A DNA stretch of 40,372 nt from a virus (IMGVR_UViG_3300035130_000102:1-40372), one strand, 5' to 3'; counted from the stretch's first letter, positions 1 through 7,059 are shown. Numbers and translations: made by a program. The notes: generated by a model not told the origin, from the letters alone.

Positions 1-127
1 CCACTCCGGCAGCGCCGGCTCTCTCAGCTGCTCGAGCAGCTCCCGGGCCAAATTTCGGTGCCCCTCCTCGCAGCACGGGTGCCACGTCCCCGCCGGCGAC
101 AGCCAGCCGCAATCTGAGGTGATCCAC
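1..127. repeat. Terminal direct repeat, left copy (identical to 40246-40372)
   Basis: Nt 1-127 match nt 40246-40372 base for base by eye. The repeat cuts through the 5' end of minus-strand ORF 40036..40296. Confidence 0.95.
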
Positions 128-153
128 CGCTCTCGGGTCGGAGAGGTGCAGGC

Positions 154-257
154 GGGTGACAGATGACAGGTTTGGCCCCCGGTTTGGTATTTCCCCTTAC
201 GCGCGCGCGCAGGGGGCAAAATACCAGATCTCCTGTCACCATCTGTCACCTGTCACC
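154..257. promoter_or_regulatory. Heptamer array (GTGACAG/CTGTCAC) flanking an imperfect hairpin; candidate operator, origin or terminator region between the helicase gene and the long minus-strand operon
   Basis: GTGACAG at 156-162 and ATGACAG at 163-169 face CTGTCAC at 233-239, 243-249 and 250-256. GGTTTGG occurs at 169-175 and 181-187. Stem 185-195 pairs with 213-225 around a (CG)n loop at 200-210. Confidence 0.4.
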
Positions 258-1706
258 CTCCTCGCCTCGGGACCGCAGCCCGATCCCTTGCCAGAATCGG
301 CCATGCTTGGTCCTACCTTGTTGAAATCCAAGGTCTTTTAGCTTTCCGTGGAGGGCTTTGGCTGACATCGGCTGCTCGCCCTGCTCTCGGCACCATTCGG
401 CGTAGCGGCCGTAAAGAGAGCCGGTCGACTGCTGGGCCTGCTCCAAAATGATGCACTCCTCCTCCACGAAACGGCCGAGGGCATCCTGCTCTGAGCGGTA
501 CTCGGCGACCGCGGCAGTCACCTCAGCCGGGGCTCGCAGCCCATCCCGCCGCCACTCGAGGCACCCCTGCACAGCCCAGTACAGGATCCCGGCCGACTCC
601 TCCTTGAGCTTGTCCAAGAGATCGGGATCCTGCTCTTCGGGCGGGATCGTGACGGTGAACGGGATGAGCCTCACCCTCCGCCAGATCGCATGGTCGGTGC
701 CCCGGATTTCCGGCTTCGAGTTGGCCGCGAGCCACAGCTTGAAGCGCGGGTGAAACTCGAAAAACTCTCGGTGTAGAAAGCGAGCCGTATAGACGTCGCC
801 GCCGGTAAGGCGCTTCACTCGCTCCTCGTCGAGCCGGCGCGTCTCCCCGGACTCACTCGCCGTCACCAGCCGAGCCCCGCGGAGCCGCGCCACGTCGTTC
901 TCCGGACCGCGGCCACCGCGCTGGGTCATGAGGGTGTCCGCCGAGATATTGAGGGCGTAGTCCCCCGCGACGTGCCGCAGCACCTCGAGCAGCGTCGATT
1001 TACCATTGGCCCCAGTGCCCCAAAGCAAAAAGAAGCACTGCTCGTCCGTGCGGCCGGTGAGGCTGTAGCCGAAGGCCCGCTGAACGAAGCCGATCAGCTC
1101 CTCGTTGCCGTCGAGGATCCGCCCGAGGAAGGCCAGCAGCCGGGGGCAGCCCCACCCCGAGCGGTACTCTGCCGGGGCGAGCTTCGTGATCTTGCGCTCC
1201 CGATCATGCTCGAGCAGCTCACCGGACTCAAGGTCAATTGTCCCATTGGCCACGTTGAGCAGCAGCTGCTGCTGGTCAAGCTCGGTGGTGCGCACGACGA
1301 AGCGCTCGGCAGACTCGGCTACTCTGAGCGCAGCCCGAAGAGCCCGCTCTTGCTGGGAGTGCTTCGACCAGCCGATCAGCTGCTCGCCCTGCTTCACCAC
1401 GCGCTCGTTGTCGGTTTTGTGGCCCCTGGCGAAGAGGCTCAGACCCTGCCGCTTGACCGCCCGGGCCACATCTTGGGCCCGCCGCTGCGCCTCCCCCGTC
1501 TCGTCCAGCAGATACCGCCGGCCATCCCAGCACAGCCACCCGAGCGAGCGATTGAACAGCAGGTCGCCGCCGTGCATCGCCGCAAGCCGGTAGGCGTTCG
1601 CCAGGTCCGTGCAAGGATCCACGTCATCGGGCAGCTCGCCGGCCTCCCGCTCAGCAGCCGCCTGCTCCGGGGTCTCGTCATCGCGCAATAGAATCACGTC
1701 ACCCAT
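246..1706 (-). CDS. D5/P4-family SF3 replicative helicase ('phage/plasmid primase, P4-family C-terminal' type); no AEP primase domain evident
   Basis: 486-aa ORF with Walker A LWGTGANGKST. The N-terminal TDLANAYRLA...GWLCWDGRRY pattern is typical of D5_N/P4-alpha-like proteins. GAGGA RBS lies about 5 nt upstream of the ATG. Confidence 0.8.
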   Translation of the reverse strand: MGDVILLRDDETPEQAAAEREAGELPDDVDPCTDLANAYRLAAMHGGDLLFNRSLGWLCWDGRRYLLDETGEAQRRAQDVARAVKRQGLSLFARGHKTDNERVVKQGEQLIGWSKHSQQERALRAALRVAESAERFVVRTTELDQQQLLLNVANGTIDLESGELLEHDRERKITKLAPAEYRSGWGCPRLLAFLGRILDGNEELIGFVQRAFGYSLTGRTDEQCFFLLWGTGANGKSTLLEVLRHVAGDYALNISADTLMTQRGGRGPENDVARLRGARLVTASESGETRRLDEERVKRLTGGDVYTARFLHREFFEFHPRFKLWLAANSKPEIRGTDHAIWRRVRLIPFTVTIPPEEQDPDLLDKLKEESAGILYWAVQGCLEWRRDGLRAPAEVTAAVAEYRSEQDALGRFVEEECIILEQAQQSTGSLYGRYAEWCREQGEQPMSAKALHGKLKDLGFQQGRTKHGRFWQGIGLRSRGEEGDR

Positions 1707-1897
1707 TGCTGTCCTCGCACGGCTTCGGACGGGACCACAGTAGCCACACAGCCCCCTTCTTGCTCGCCGTCCACCGCGGACTCAGCCGACATAGCGTGGA
1801 GCAGCCACCCCTCGCCCTCCGGAGGCTTAACCGGCTCACTGGTGCTCCAATGGTATGTTACTCGGATCTGATGTTTGCTTGCGTCAATCGGCCTCAT
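1694..1897 (-). CDS. Hypothetical protein (67 aa)
   Basis: Internal ATG of ORF 1694..2005 sits in an ATGA overlap with the stop of the upstream gene (1894). The upstream part of the tracked ORF is Arg/Gly-rich and looks off-frame. Confidence 0.45.
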   Translation of the reverse strand: MRPIDASKHQIRVTYHWSTSEPVKPPEGEGWLLHAMSAESAVDGEQEGGCVATVVPSEAVRGQQWVT

Positions 1898-2319
1898 CTC
1901 GTCTCCCCACAGTACTGAGCCGGCAGCCCCGCCTCGGCCCCGAAGCTCACCAGCAGCTCGGCGAGGAGCGACCGGTGGCACTTCTCCGGGTCCGGGCAGT
2001 AGCACACCAGCACGATGCTCCGGCGCCGTAGGATCTCAAGCCAGTAGGAGCAGTGCTCGATCTGGCTCTGGGCCATCTCTTCGAGGTAGCGTTCGCGGTA
2101 TACCGCCCAGCCCAAGCCAGCCTTCTCCGCCCGGCCGAGCCCCCATCCCTTGGCGGCATGTAGCAGGCCCCTGGACGGCGCCAGCGGCGAGCCCCCCTTG
2201 CGGGTCACGTCCAGCCTGTTCGGCCCTCTGAAGCCGTACCGCGCCGTCCAGATGGCACACAGCCGCTCACCGCCGGCGAACAGCTCCGGCTGCTCCGGTG
2301 GCAGTGGAGGGGCCGTCAC
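1894..2319 (-). CDS. DUF488-like protein
   Basis: 141-aa ORF with GTG start in a GTGA overlap. The C-terminal motif IVLVCYCPDPEKCHRSLLAELL resembles the conserved LxCxC...CHR motif of DUF488. Confidence 0.5.
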   Translation of the reverse strand: MTAPPLPPEQPELFAGGERLCAIWTARYGFRGPNRLDVTRKGGSPLAPSRGLLHAAKGWGLGRAEKAGLGWAVYRERYLEEMAQSQIEHCSYWLEILRRRSIVLVCYCPDPEKCHRSLLAELLVSFGAEAGLPAQYCGETR

Positions 2320-2561
2320 CAGGGCTCTCCCGGTGGCGGCGCGTCATCGTTGCAGCAGCAATCGGCCGAGCCACAGCCGGGGCAGGCGAGATCGGCAACG
2401 GCGTTGCGCTCGTCATCCGGATCCCGCCCCATGGCAATCCGCCGTGCCCGCAGCTCTCGGAGCCAGCCCGCGATCAGCAGCCAGTGCTCTCGCTCGAAGG
2501 GGTTATCGGCGTCGCCGGCGCGTATGCCGGCATCTTCGATCCCCCGCTCCAGCCGACTCAT
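2316..2561 (-). CDS. Hypothetical protein with C-terminal Cys cluster (CPGCGSADCCC)
   Basis: 81-aa ORF with ATGA overlap upstream and GTGA overlap downstream. Confidence 0.6.
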   Translation of the reverse strand: MSRLERGIEDAGIRAGDADNPFEREHWLLIAGWLRELRARRIAMGRDPDDERNAVADLACPGCGSADCCCNDDAPPPGEPW

Positions 2562-2764
2562 GGCGCTACCTCGAGAGCCGGCCGCTCCCCGTGCTCCCGC
2601 CGGCGCGCCACCTCAGCCTCGAGCTGCCGCCGCACCGCCTGCCGCACCGCCTCGGCCCGGCTTGGGGTCCCGAGCAGCTCCTGCAGGCGTGCGATCCGGA
2701 GCACATCTTGGTCGGAGAGCAGCACGTGGAATCTCTCTCTTAGTCTCATGTGCCATCCCTGCAC
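2558..2764 (-). CDS. Ribbon-helix-helix (CopG/Arc-like) DNA-binding protein, candidate
   Basis: 68-aa ORF. MRLRERFHVLLSDQDVLRIARLQELLGTPSRAEAVRQAV fits a beta-strand/helix/helix pattern. The real start may be the ATG at 2749. Confidence 0.5.
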   Translation of the reverse strand: MQGWHMRLRERFHVLLSDQDVLRIARLQELLGTPSRAEAVRQAVRRQLEAEVARRREHGERPALEVAP

Positions 2765-2767
2765 CGA

Positions 2768-3418
2768 TTATGTGCCGCTGTCAACCGCCATCTGCTCGAG
2801 CAGCCGCAGCTCGTCGCGCCGGTGCCCCGCCCGCATCGCCAGCAGCCCCCGGATCAGCCCATTGATGAGCCGCGCCGAGGGTCGCTCGCCGGCCCGGAGC
2901 TGTGCCTCGATCCGCTGCGTGTGCCTGATCAGCCACCGTTGCCGAGCGAGATCCCTCAGCCGCCCCGCCACCACCGGCAGCTCCGTCGCCGGCGGGGTAG
3001 GCCTGAGCAGGAGCGACCACAGCTCACGAGCGACAGATGCCGCCGCGGCCCTGGCCTGGGGTCCGCCGGCGTCGTCGTAGCGGGGCACCGGCCAGCCGTA
3101 CACCAGCAGCCGGCCGGCCGGCTCCCCGTCGCGATAGGCACCGGCCACGGCACGAGCGACGAGGCGGATCAGGGCGATGTGCGGGAGCAGGGCCAGCGGG
3201 ATCACGCCCCTGCCCCGGGGCTCATGGGCCTCGAGCAAACGCCGGCGCTGCTCCGGCGCCATCTCGTCCCAGCTGAGCAGCAGCGCCCAGCACCGGCGGT
3301 AGCGCCAGCACCAGAACGCCCGCGGTGAGAGGCGCAGGTCTGCCGCGCGCACCTCCCCGAGCAGTGCGGCTGCCAGCAGCTGCTGCTCAGCTTCGAGATC
3401 GTGCGGCGGTGGCCTCAG
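2768..3418 (-). CDS. Protein with DnaB N-terminal-like motif (replication initiation or helicase-loading candidate); start uncertain
   Basis: PPHDLEAEQQLLAAALLG matches the PPxxxEAExxxLGxxL signature of DnaB N-terminal domains. The tracked ORF (to 3661) overlaps the better-coding 3415..3678 ORF. The only start-like codon at the junction is a CTG at 3418 that overlaps the upstream TGA. Confidence 0.5.
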   Translation of the reverse strand: MRPPPHDLEAEQQLLAAALLGEVRAADLRLSPRAFWCWRYRRCWALLLSWDEMAPEQRRRLLEAHEPRGRGVIPLALLPHIALIRLVARAVAGAYRDGEPAGRLLVYGWPVPRYDDAGGPQARAAAASVARELWSLLLRPTPPATELPVVAGRLRDLARQRWLIRHTQRIEAQLRAGERPSARLINGLIRGLLAMRAGHRRDELRLLEQMAVDSGT

Positions 3419-3678
3419 AGCACCCTCCGCGCCGTGTAGCTCGGCGTCATCTCCCCCGAGACCACCACCCGCACCGGATCCGCGCTGCCGTCCGCCGGCG
3501 CGACCAGCACCTCGACGGCGCCGCCGTAGCTGCCGGCGATCTCGTAGTCGCCGGAGGAGCTGTCCGACCACCGCGCCCAGTCCTCCGCCGCGTCCTCCGG
3601 TGAGCCGAAGAGCGGCTGCAGCCTCGCCTCGTCGCGGCCCTCGCCCCGGTCGGGGCACCACACGAGCCAGCTACCCAT
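3415..3678 (-). CDS. Hypothetical acidic protein (87 aa)
   Basis: Very high third-position GC read by eye. 8-nt overlap with the upstream gene. Confidence 0.65.
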   Translation of the reverse strand: MGSWLVWCPDRGEGRDEARLQPLFGSPEDAAEDWARWSDSSSGDYEIAGSYGGAVEVLVAPADGSADPVRVVVSGEMTPSYTARRVL

Positions 3679-4234
3679 GGTCGGCCTCTAGCTCGCCGTG
3701 GGAGCTGCCTTCGCCGTGCAGCGGGCACCGCGGGTCGGCTGGTGGCAGCGGTGGCTCGGGCGCTTGAGGGCAGCTGCAGTCGCCGCAGACAGGGCACCAC
3801 GTTGCTGTGACGCCGGTGCAGCGCTGAGGGAGCTCGGTCAGCCGTCCTGCCCGCTGCAGCGCCTCGCCGGCCTCTGTCATGGCCCGCTTGAGCGCCGGGT
3901 GCTCGGGCCCCAGCACCATTGATGGGGGCTGCTGTGCCATCAGCTCGGCGAGCAGCTGAACGACCACCGCTCGCAGCTGCTCGGCCGGGACGAGGCGCAC
4001 GATCGCCCGCCGCGCCGCCTCCGGGTCATCGCCGGCGATCTGCTCCATGGTGCTCCGCCGAAGCCGCAGCTCCCGGAGGCGGCTCACCAGCGTCCGCTGC
4101 TCGTCGATGCGTCGATCTGCCTTGGAGACGGCCGCGTCATCGGCGCCGAAAAGGGCCATCGCCCCCTGGTTTTCTAGCGCTATCAGCTCGCCTTCAGCCT
4201 TGTCGATCTCCCCGTCTAATGTCTCGTCACCCAT
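3671..4234 (-). CDS. Hypothetical protein (187 aa) with C-terminal Cys/His cluster
   Basis: Internal ATG at 4234 overlaps the upstream stop (4227) by 8 nt. The N-terminal 119 codons of tracked ORF 3671..4591 are Arg-rich off-frame sequence. C-terminus reads WCPVCGDCSCP...CPLH. Confidence 0.6.
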   Translation of the reverse strand: MGDETLDGEIDKAEGELIALENQGAMALFGADDAAVSKADRRIDEQRTLVSRLRELRLRRSTMEQIAGDDPEAARRAIVRLVPAEQLRAVVVQLLAELMAQQPPSMVLGPEHPALKRAMTEAGEALQRAGRLTELPQRCTGVTATWCPVCGDCSCPQAPEPPLPPADPRCPLHGEGSSHGELEADHG

Positions 4235-4613
4235 CGCAGCCTCTACAATCTTCTGGCGTCCATCCGTCCATCCAGCACCACGGGTACGGGCATCCCCGGC
4301 TCGGATGCAACGCTTGTCCCGCGGCCCAGAGCTCTGCCTGCAGCCAGCATGCGTTACAGCGATCGGGCCGCTCGTCATCGGGGCGCTCGTCCGCGGGCTG
4401 AGCTTCGCCGCAAACATCGCAGTACCACCCCGGCGCCGGATCTGTATCAGCCTCGGCGAGGGGCTCGTAGTCCTGCCCTCCGCAGCTGCTGGCCTCGTGC
4501 CGGATGCCGGCGCCGGCGCTGCAGTAGCCCACGTTGCTCCGTCGCTTCTCCGCATCCGGCGGATCACGCGTCCACCGGGCGCACGTCTCACAGGTCTGTC
4601 TCGTTTCGCTCAT
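4227..4613 (-). CDS. Cys-rich (Zn-binding-like) hypothetical protein (128 aa)
   Basis: The ATG at 4613 is preceded by GGGAGGG plus 3 nt. Motifs CETCARW, CDVCG and CNAC are present. Confidence 0.65.
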   Translation of the reverse strand: MSETRQTCETCARWTRDPPDAEKRRSNVGYCSAGAGIRHEASSCGGQDYEPLAEADTDPAPGWYCDVCGEAQPADERPDDERPDRCNACWLQAELWAAGQALHPSRGCPYPWCWMDGWTPEDCRGCDG

Positions 4614-4638
4614 AATCCCTCCCTGGATTTTGCTGTAC

Positions 4639-4827
4639 TCAGCCATCGCTGGCCTGCGCTGTGATGATCTGGTGCATCTCACGCAGCAGAATCAGTTGCC
4701 CGCGAATCTTCCGAATTTTTGCCAGGTCGGAGGCTCGCCCGGCAGCCGGTGCATAGATCTCGCATGCCTCCCAGCCGTCCTCCGCCAGCCTCAGCGCCGC
4801 CTCATAGTCTTCGTTGGTCCTGCCCAT
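4639..4827 (-). CDS. Hypothetical protein (62 aa)
   Basis: Internal ATG at 4827. The sequence MGRTNEDYEAALRLAEDGWEACEIY... looks protein-like, unlike the upstream Arg/Trp-rich extension. Confidence 0.5.
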   Translation of the reverse strand: MGRTNEDYEAALRLAEDGWEACEIYAPAAGRASDLAKIRKIRGQLILLREMHQIITAQASDG

Positions 4828-5032
4828 CGTCGCTCTCCGTCGGGCGCTGCAGCCGCGCCATGATCTCCGCCACCCGCCGGCTTGCCACCAGTACGCCGCT
4901 CGCCTGGGCGTGCTGAGCAACGTCTCTCAGTGCCCGGTAAGCGGCCGCCAGCTCCTCGTCGAGCAGCCGTGCCAAGCCCTGAGCGGACACGTAACCGGGG
5001 CGATCGGTGGTGACGCTCATTGCCCCGCTCAT
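4802..5032 (-). CDS. Hypothetical helical protein (76 or 72 aa)
   Basis: ATGA overlap with the upstream stop. A 12-bp tandem duplication creates a second ATG at 5020. Confidence 0.55.
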   Translation of the reverse strand: MSGAMSVTTDRPGYVSAQGLARLLDEELAAAYRALRDVAQHAQASGVLVASRRVAEIMARLQRPTESDDGQDQRRL

Positions 5033-5334
5033 TGCCCCGCTCGTGGCAACAGCAGTCGGTCACGGCCCCGGGTCCGCCCCCGCCGCCAGCTAATGCTGCC
5101 CTGCCGCTCGAGTCGCTTGAGAACTTCATGGACCTCCCAGGCAGCAGAAAACGAGATCCCGTCCCGGCTCAGCCGCTCGACAATCTCAGACCGCAACGGC
5201 TCACGCCGCTCCGCTATGGCCCGGAGCAGCCTCAACGTTTGCCGATTCTCCTCTTCGAGCCGCTCCTTGAGCCATGCCCGCTTTTCTGGCGTGAGGAGGC
5301 CACCGCTCGCAGCCGAATTGTCACTTTTGTCCAC
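5029..5334 (-). CDS. Winged-helix-like DNA-binding protein; candidate regulator of the divergent control region
   Basis: GTG at 5334 is preceded by GGAGG plus 5 nt. LLRAIAERREPLRSEIVERLSRDGISFSAAWEVHEVLKRLERQGSISWRRG resembles a wHTH. The tracked N-terminal extension to 5568 is Arg/Gly-rich. Confidence 0.5.
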   Translation of the reverse strand: MDKSDNSAASGGLLTPEKRAWLKERLEEENRQTLRLLRAIAERREPLRSEIVERLSRDGISFSAAWEVHEVLKRLERQGSISWRRGRTRGRDRLLLPRAGQ

Positions 5335-5503
5335 AAAAGCCTCCAAAACAGCGGCAGCCGGTCGATTGTACAACCCCGTACGCCCTCCCACCCGACCTCG
5401 AGCCGGCTGCCGCTGCCGCCCCCGTCGCAAAACCCGTGCCGCCGTGCCACCACGTGATCTCGCCGCTGTAGCGCCGCCGAGGTGCGTAGCGTTCGCACCT
5501 ACT

Positions 5504-5519
5504 GCGTAGCCGGCTACGC
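5504..5519. promoter_or_regulatory. Perfect 16-bp palindrome GCGTAGCCGGCTACGC (operator candidate)
   Basis: Self-complementary by inspection. The 9-mer CGTAGCCGG recurs at 5605-5613 and GCGTAGC at 5484-5490. It lies about 170 bp upstream of the wHTH gene start. Confidence 0.4.
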
Positions 5520-5866
5520 GCATCCGTATGCAATCTCGCACACTTACGGCCTGGCATAGCGGGTGCATTGTGGTACGGCGGCGCTGAGAGTCGTGTAGGC
5601 CTCACGTAGCCGGCGGCAGACGGTCCTGATCCTGTCGAGGTAAGCCCGGTGAAGTCCCGTAAGTCCAGACTCAGCGCCATTTTGAGACAAGCGCGGTGTT
5701 ACCATTTCGCCAGCGACGACGGCGTTAGAACGGGGCTTTGGCTTCGGAGCCGGGTTTGGTGACAGTCGGGATCAGCGCTGGGTTCCCGGAGGAGCGTCCG
5801 CGACAAGCTACGTGAAAGTTCCGCAGCTGCGAAAGCGGCTCATACCCGGGTGGGATCCGGGCACGT

Positions 5867-5900
5867 GGTGAGGGCAGGTTCGAGTCCTGCCGGTCTCACC
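5867..5900 (+). ncRNA. tRNA-like T-arm/acceptor minihelix (not a complete canonical tRNA)
   Basis: GCAGG-TTCGAGT-CCTGC (5874-5890) is a canonical T-stem/loop, followed by CGGTCTC-A-CC. GGTGAG 5867-5872 pairs with CTCACC 5895-5900. No 5' acceptor strand lies within 70-90 nt. Confidence 0.4.
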
Positions 5901-6066
5901 GGCGCCGCCGGAGGGTTTGTGCTACGACCCTGTTGGCCCCGGCGGCGCCGATTTTGGAGGGACGGAGCCCAGCGGGCCCGGCCCTTGTGGCGTTAGCGGC
6001 GGCCGGTGTGGGCGTGGTGTCGCAAGCGCTCCGGAGGCGCCGGCCGCCGCTGCTTTGGAGGGACGC

Positions 6067-6453
6067 GTGAACCACGAGCACGACGACGAGCTGAGCCGGC
6101 TGCGGGCCGAGGTGGAGTGCCTACGGCAGGAGCTGGCGGAAGCGGAAGCACGGCTTGCTGAGCTACAGGCCGAGGGGCGGATCCCCATCGGGGCTTTGCT
6201 GCAGCGGCTGCGGCCGGGGCAGCGGGTCTCGGTCCGAAGGCTCGCTGACGATAGCTGCGCGGTCGCATTTGTCGATGGCAACACGATCGAGCGTAGCGAA
6301 ATGGCCCTCGAAACATCAGCCGCCATCCGTTCCGCCCTGCTCCAGCTGCCGTCCGCGCCGCTATCCGGCGAGGGCTGGCGGGTCGTGCCTGGTAGCGGCG
6401 CGCGTCTGACCGCGCAGGAGTACGCGGCGCACTACTTCGGGGTGCGGCTATGA
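6067..6453 (+). CDS. Hypothetical coiled-coil protein (128 aa)
   Basis: GTG at 6067 is preceded by GGAGGGA plus 3 nt. The upstream part of tracked ORF 5917..6453 is Gly/Pro-rich leader-like sequence. Confidence 0.6.
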   Translation: MNHEHDDELSRLRAEVECLRQELAEAEARLAELQAEGRIPIGALLQRLRPGQRVSVRRLADDSCAVAFVDGNTIERSEMALETSAAIRSALLQLPSAPLSGEGWRVVPGSGARLTAQEYAAHYFGVRL

Positions 6454-6824
6454 GCGACGAGCTGACCTTGCGCACCTACCTCGGGGCCCGGTATCTCGGC
6501 AGGAGCCTACGCCCTCTCGAGCAAGCCATAGCCCCCGACGGCCATCCGGCAACGGTGCAGAATCTGGCAGCCCTGGCTACCCGATACAAACACATAGCCG
6601 ATGAGCTGGTGGAGATGTTCGGCGGCCCGGCCCGAGTGCTGCAGCACTATCGCAGCCTCCGGGAATGCCAGCGACGGGGGCGGCACCCGGTATCGGACAG
6701 AGACGCAGAGGAGCAGTTTCTTGACAAGACCTATGGGGCCGCAGATCTTCTACGCTCCGGCAGCCCTGTGGATTGGGTGCTCGCGGGCGATTACTATGGG
6801 GAGTGCGACCGGGGTGATGGCTGA
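6450..6824 (+). CDS. Hypothetical protein (124 aa)
   Basis: ATGA overlap with the upstream gene. Composition is protein-like. Confidence 0.65.
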   Translation: MSDELTLRTYLGARYLGRSLRPLEQAIAPDGHPATVQNLAALATRYKHIADELVEMFGGPARVLQHYRSLRECQRRGRHPVSDRDAEEQFLDKTYGAADLLRSGSPVDWVLAGDYYGECDRGDG

Positions 6825-7059
6825 GTGGACACACGAGCCCAACGGCGGCGTCATGGCCGCGGTTGGCGAGATGATGCGCCGTCCGGGACTGGGCGGCGTG
6901 CTGGTGGCGCGATCCAAGCGGGGCGTGCTGTGGGTGGTAGGATGCGAGGAGGTGAAAGATGGAGTACTACTGGATCGAGTTCAGCGATCGAGGGCGAGGT
7001 TGTATCGACGCCAAAAGCAAAGAGGAGGCGTTGGAGCTAGCAGCCAAGCACGGCAGTGA
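6817..7059 (+). CDS. Hypothetical protein (80 aa); 3' third overlaps the next gene out of frame
   Basis: ATG at 6817 overlaps the upstream stop by 8 nt. GC3 is high until about 6955 and then drops where ORF 6959..7201 begins. Confidence 0.35.
   Translation: MAEWTHEPNGGVMAAVGEMMRRPGLGGVLVARSKRGVLWVVGCEEVKDGVLLDRVQRSRARLYRRQKQRGGVGASSQARQ

Noticed and set aside
3671-4591. N-terminal extensions of tracked ORFs (for example 3671..4591, 8872..10692, 31004..32455, 27353..28078, 5029..5568, 14290..15051, 37024..37626)
   Set aside because: The extensions are Arg-rich and overlap better-coding upstream genes. Internal ATG/GTG codons sit in ATGA/GTGA overlaps or behind clear RBSs, so the shorter forms were annotated.
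5800-5900. A canonical tRNA or tmRNA gene ending at about 5900
   Set aside because: Only the T-arm and a 3' acceptor-like strand are present. There is no complementary 5' acceptor strand, D-arm or anticodon arm at tRNA spacing. I found no tmRNA-like tag ORF or P2 pairing. It is kept only as a 'tRNA-like minihelix'.
5867-5900. attP core (3' tRNA fragment) implying a temperate, integrating phage
   Set aside because: No tyrosine or serine integrase or excisionase-like ORF could be recognised anywhere in the 40 kb. The idea is mentioned only as one possibility within the tRNA-like finding.
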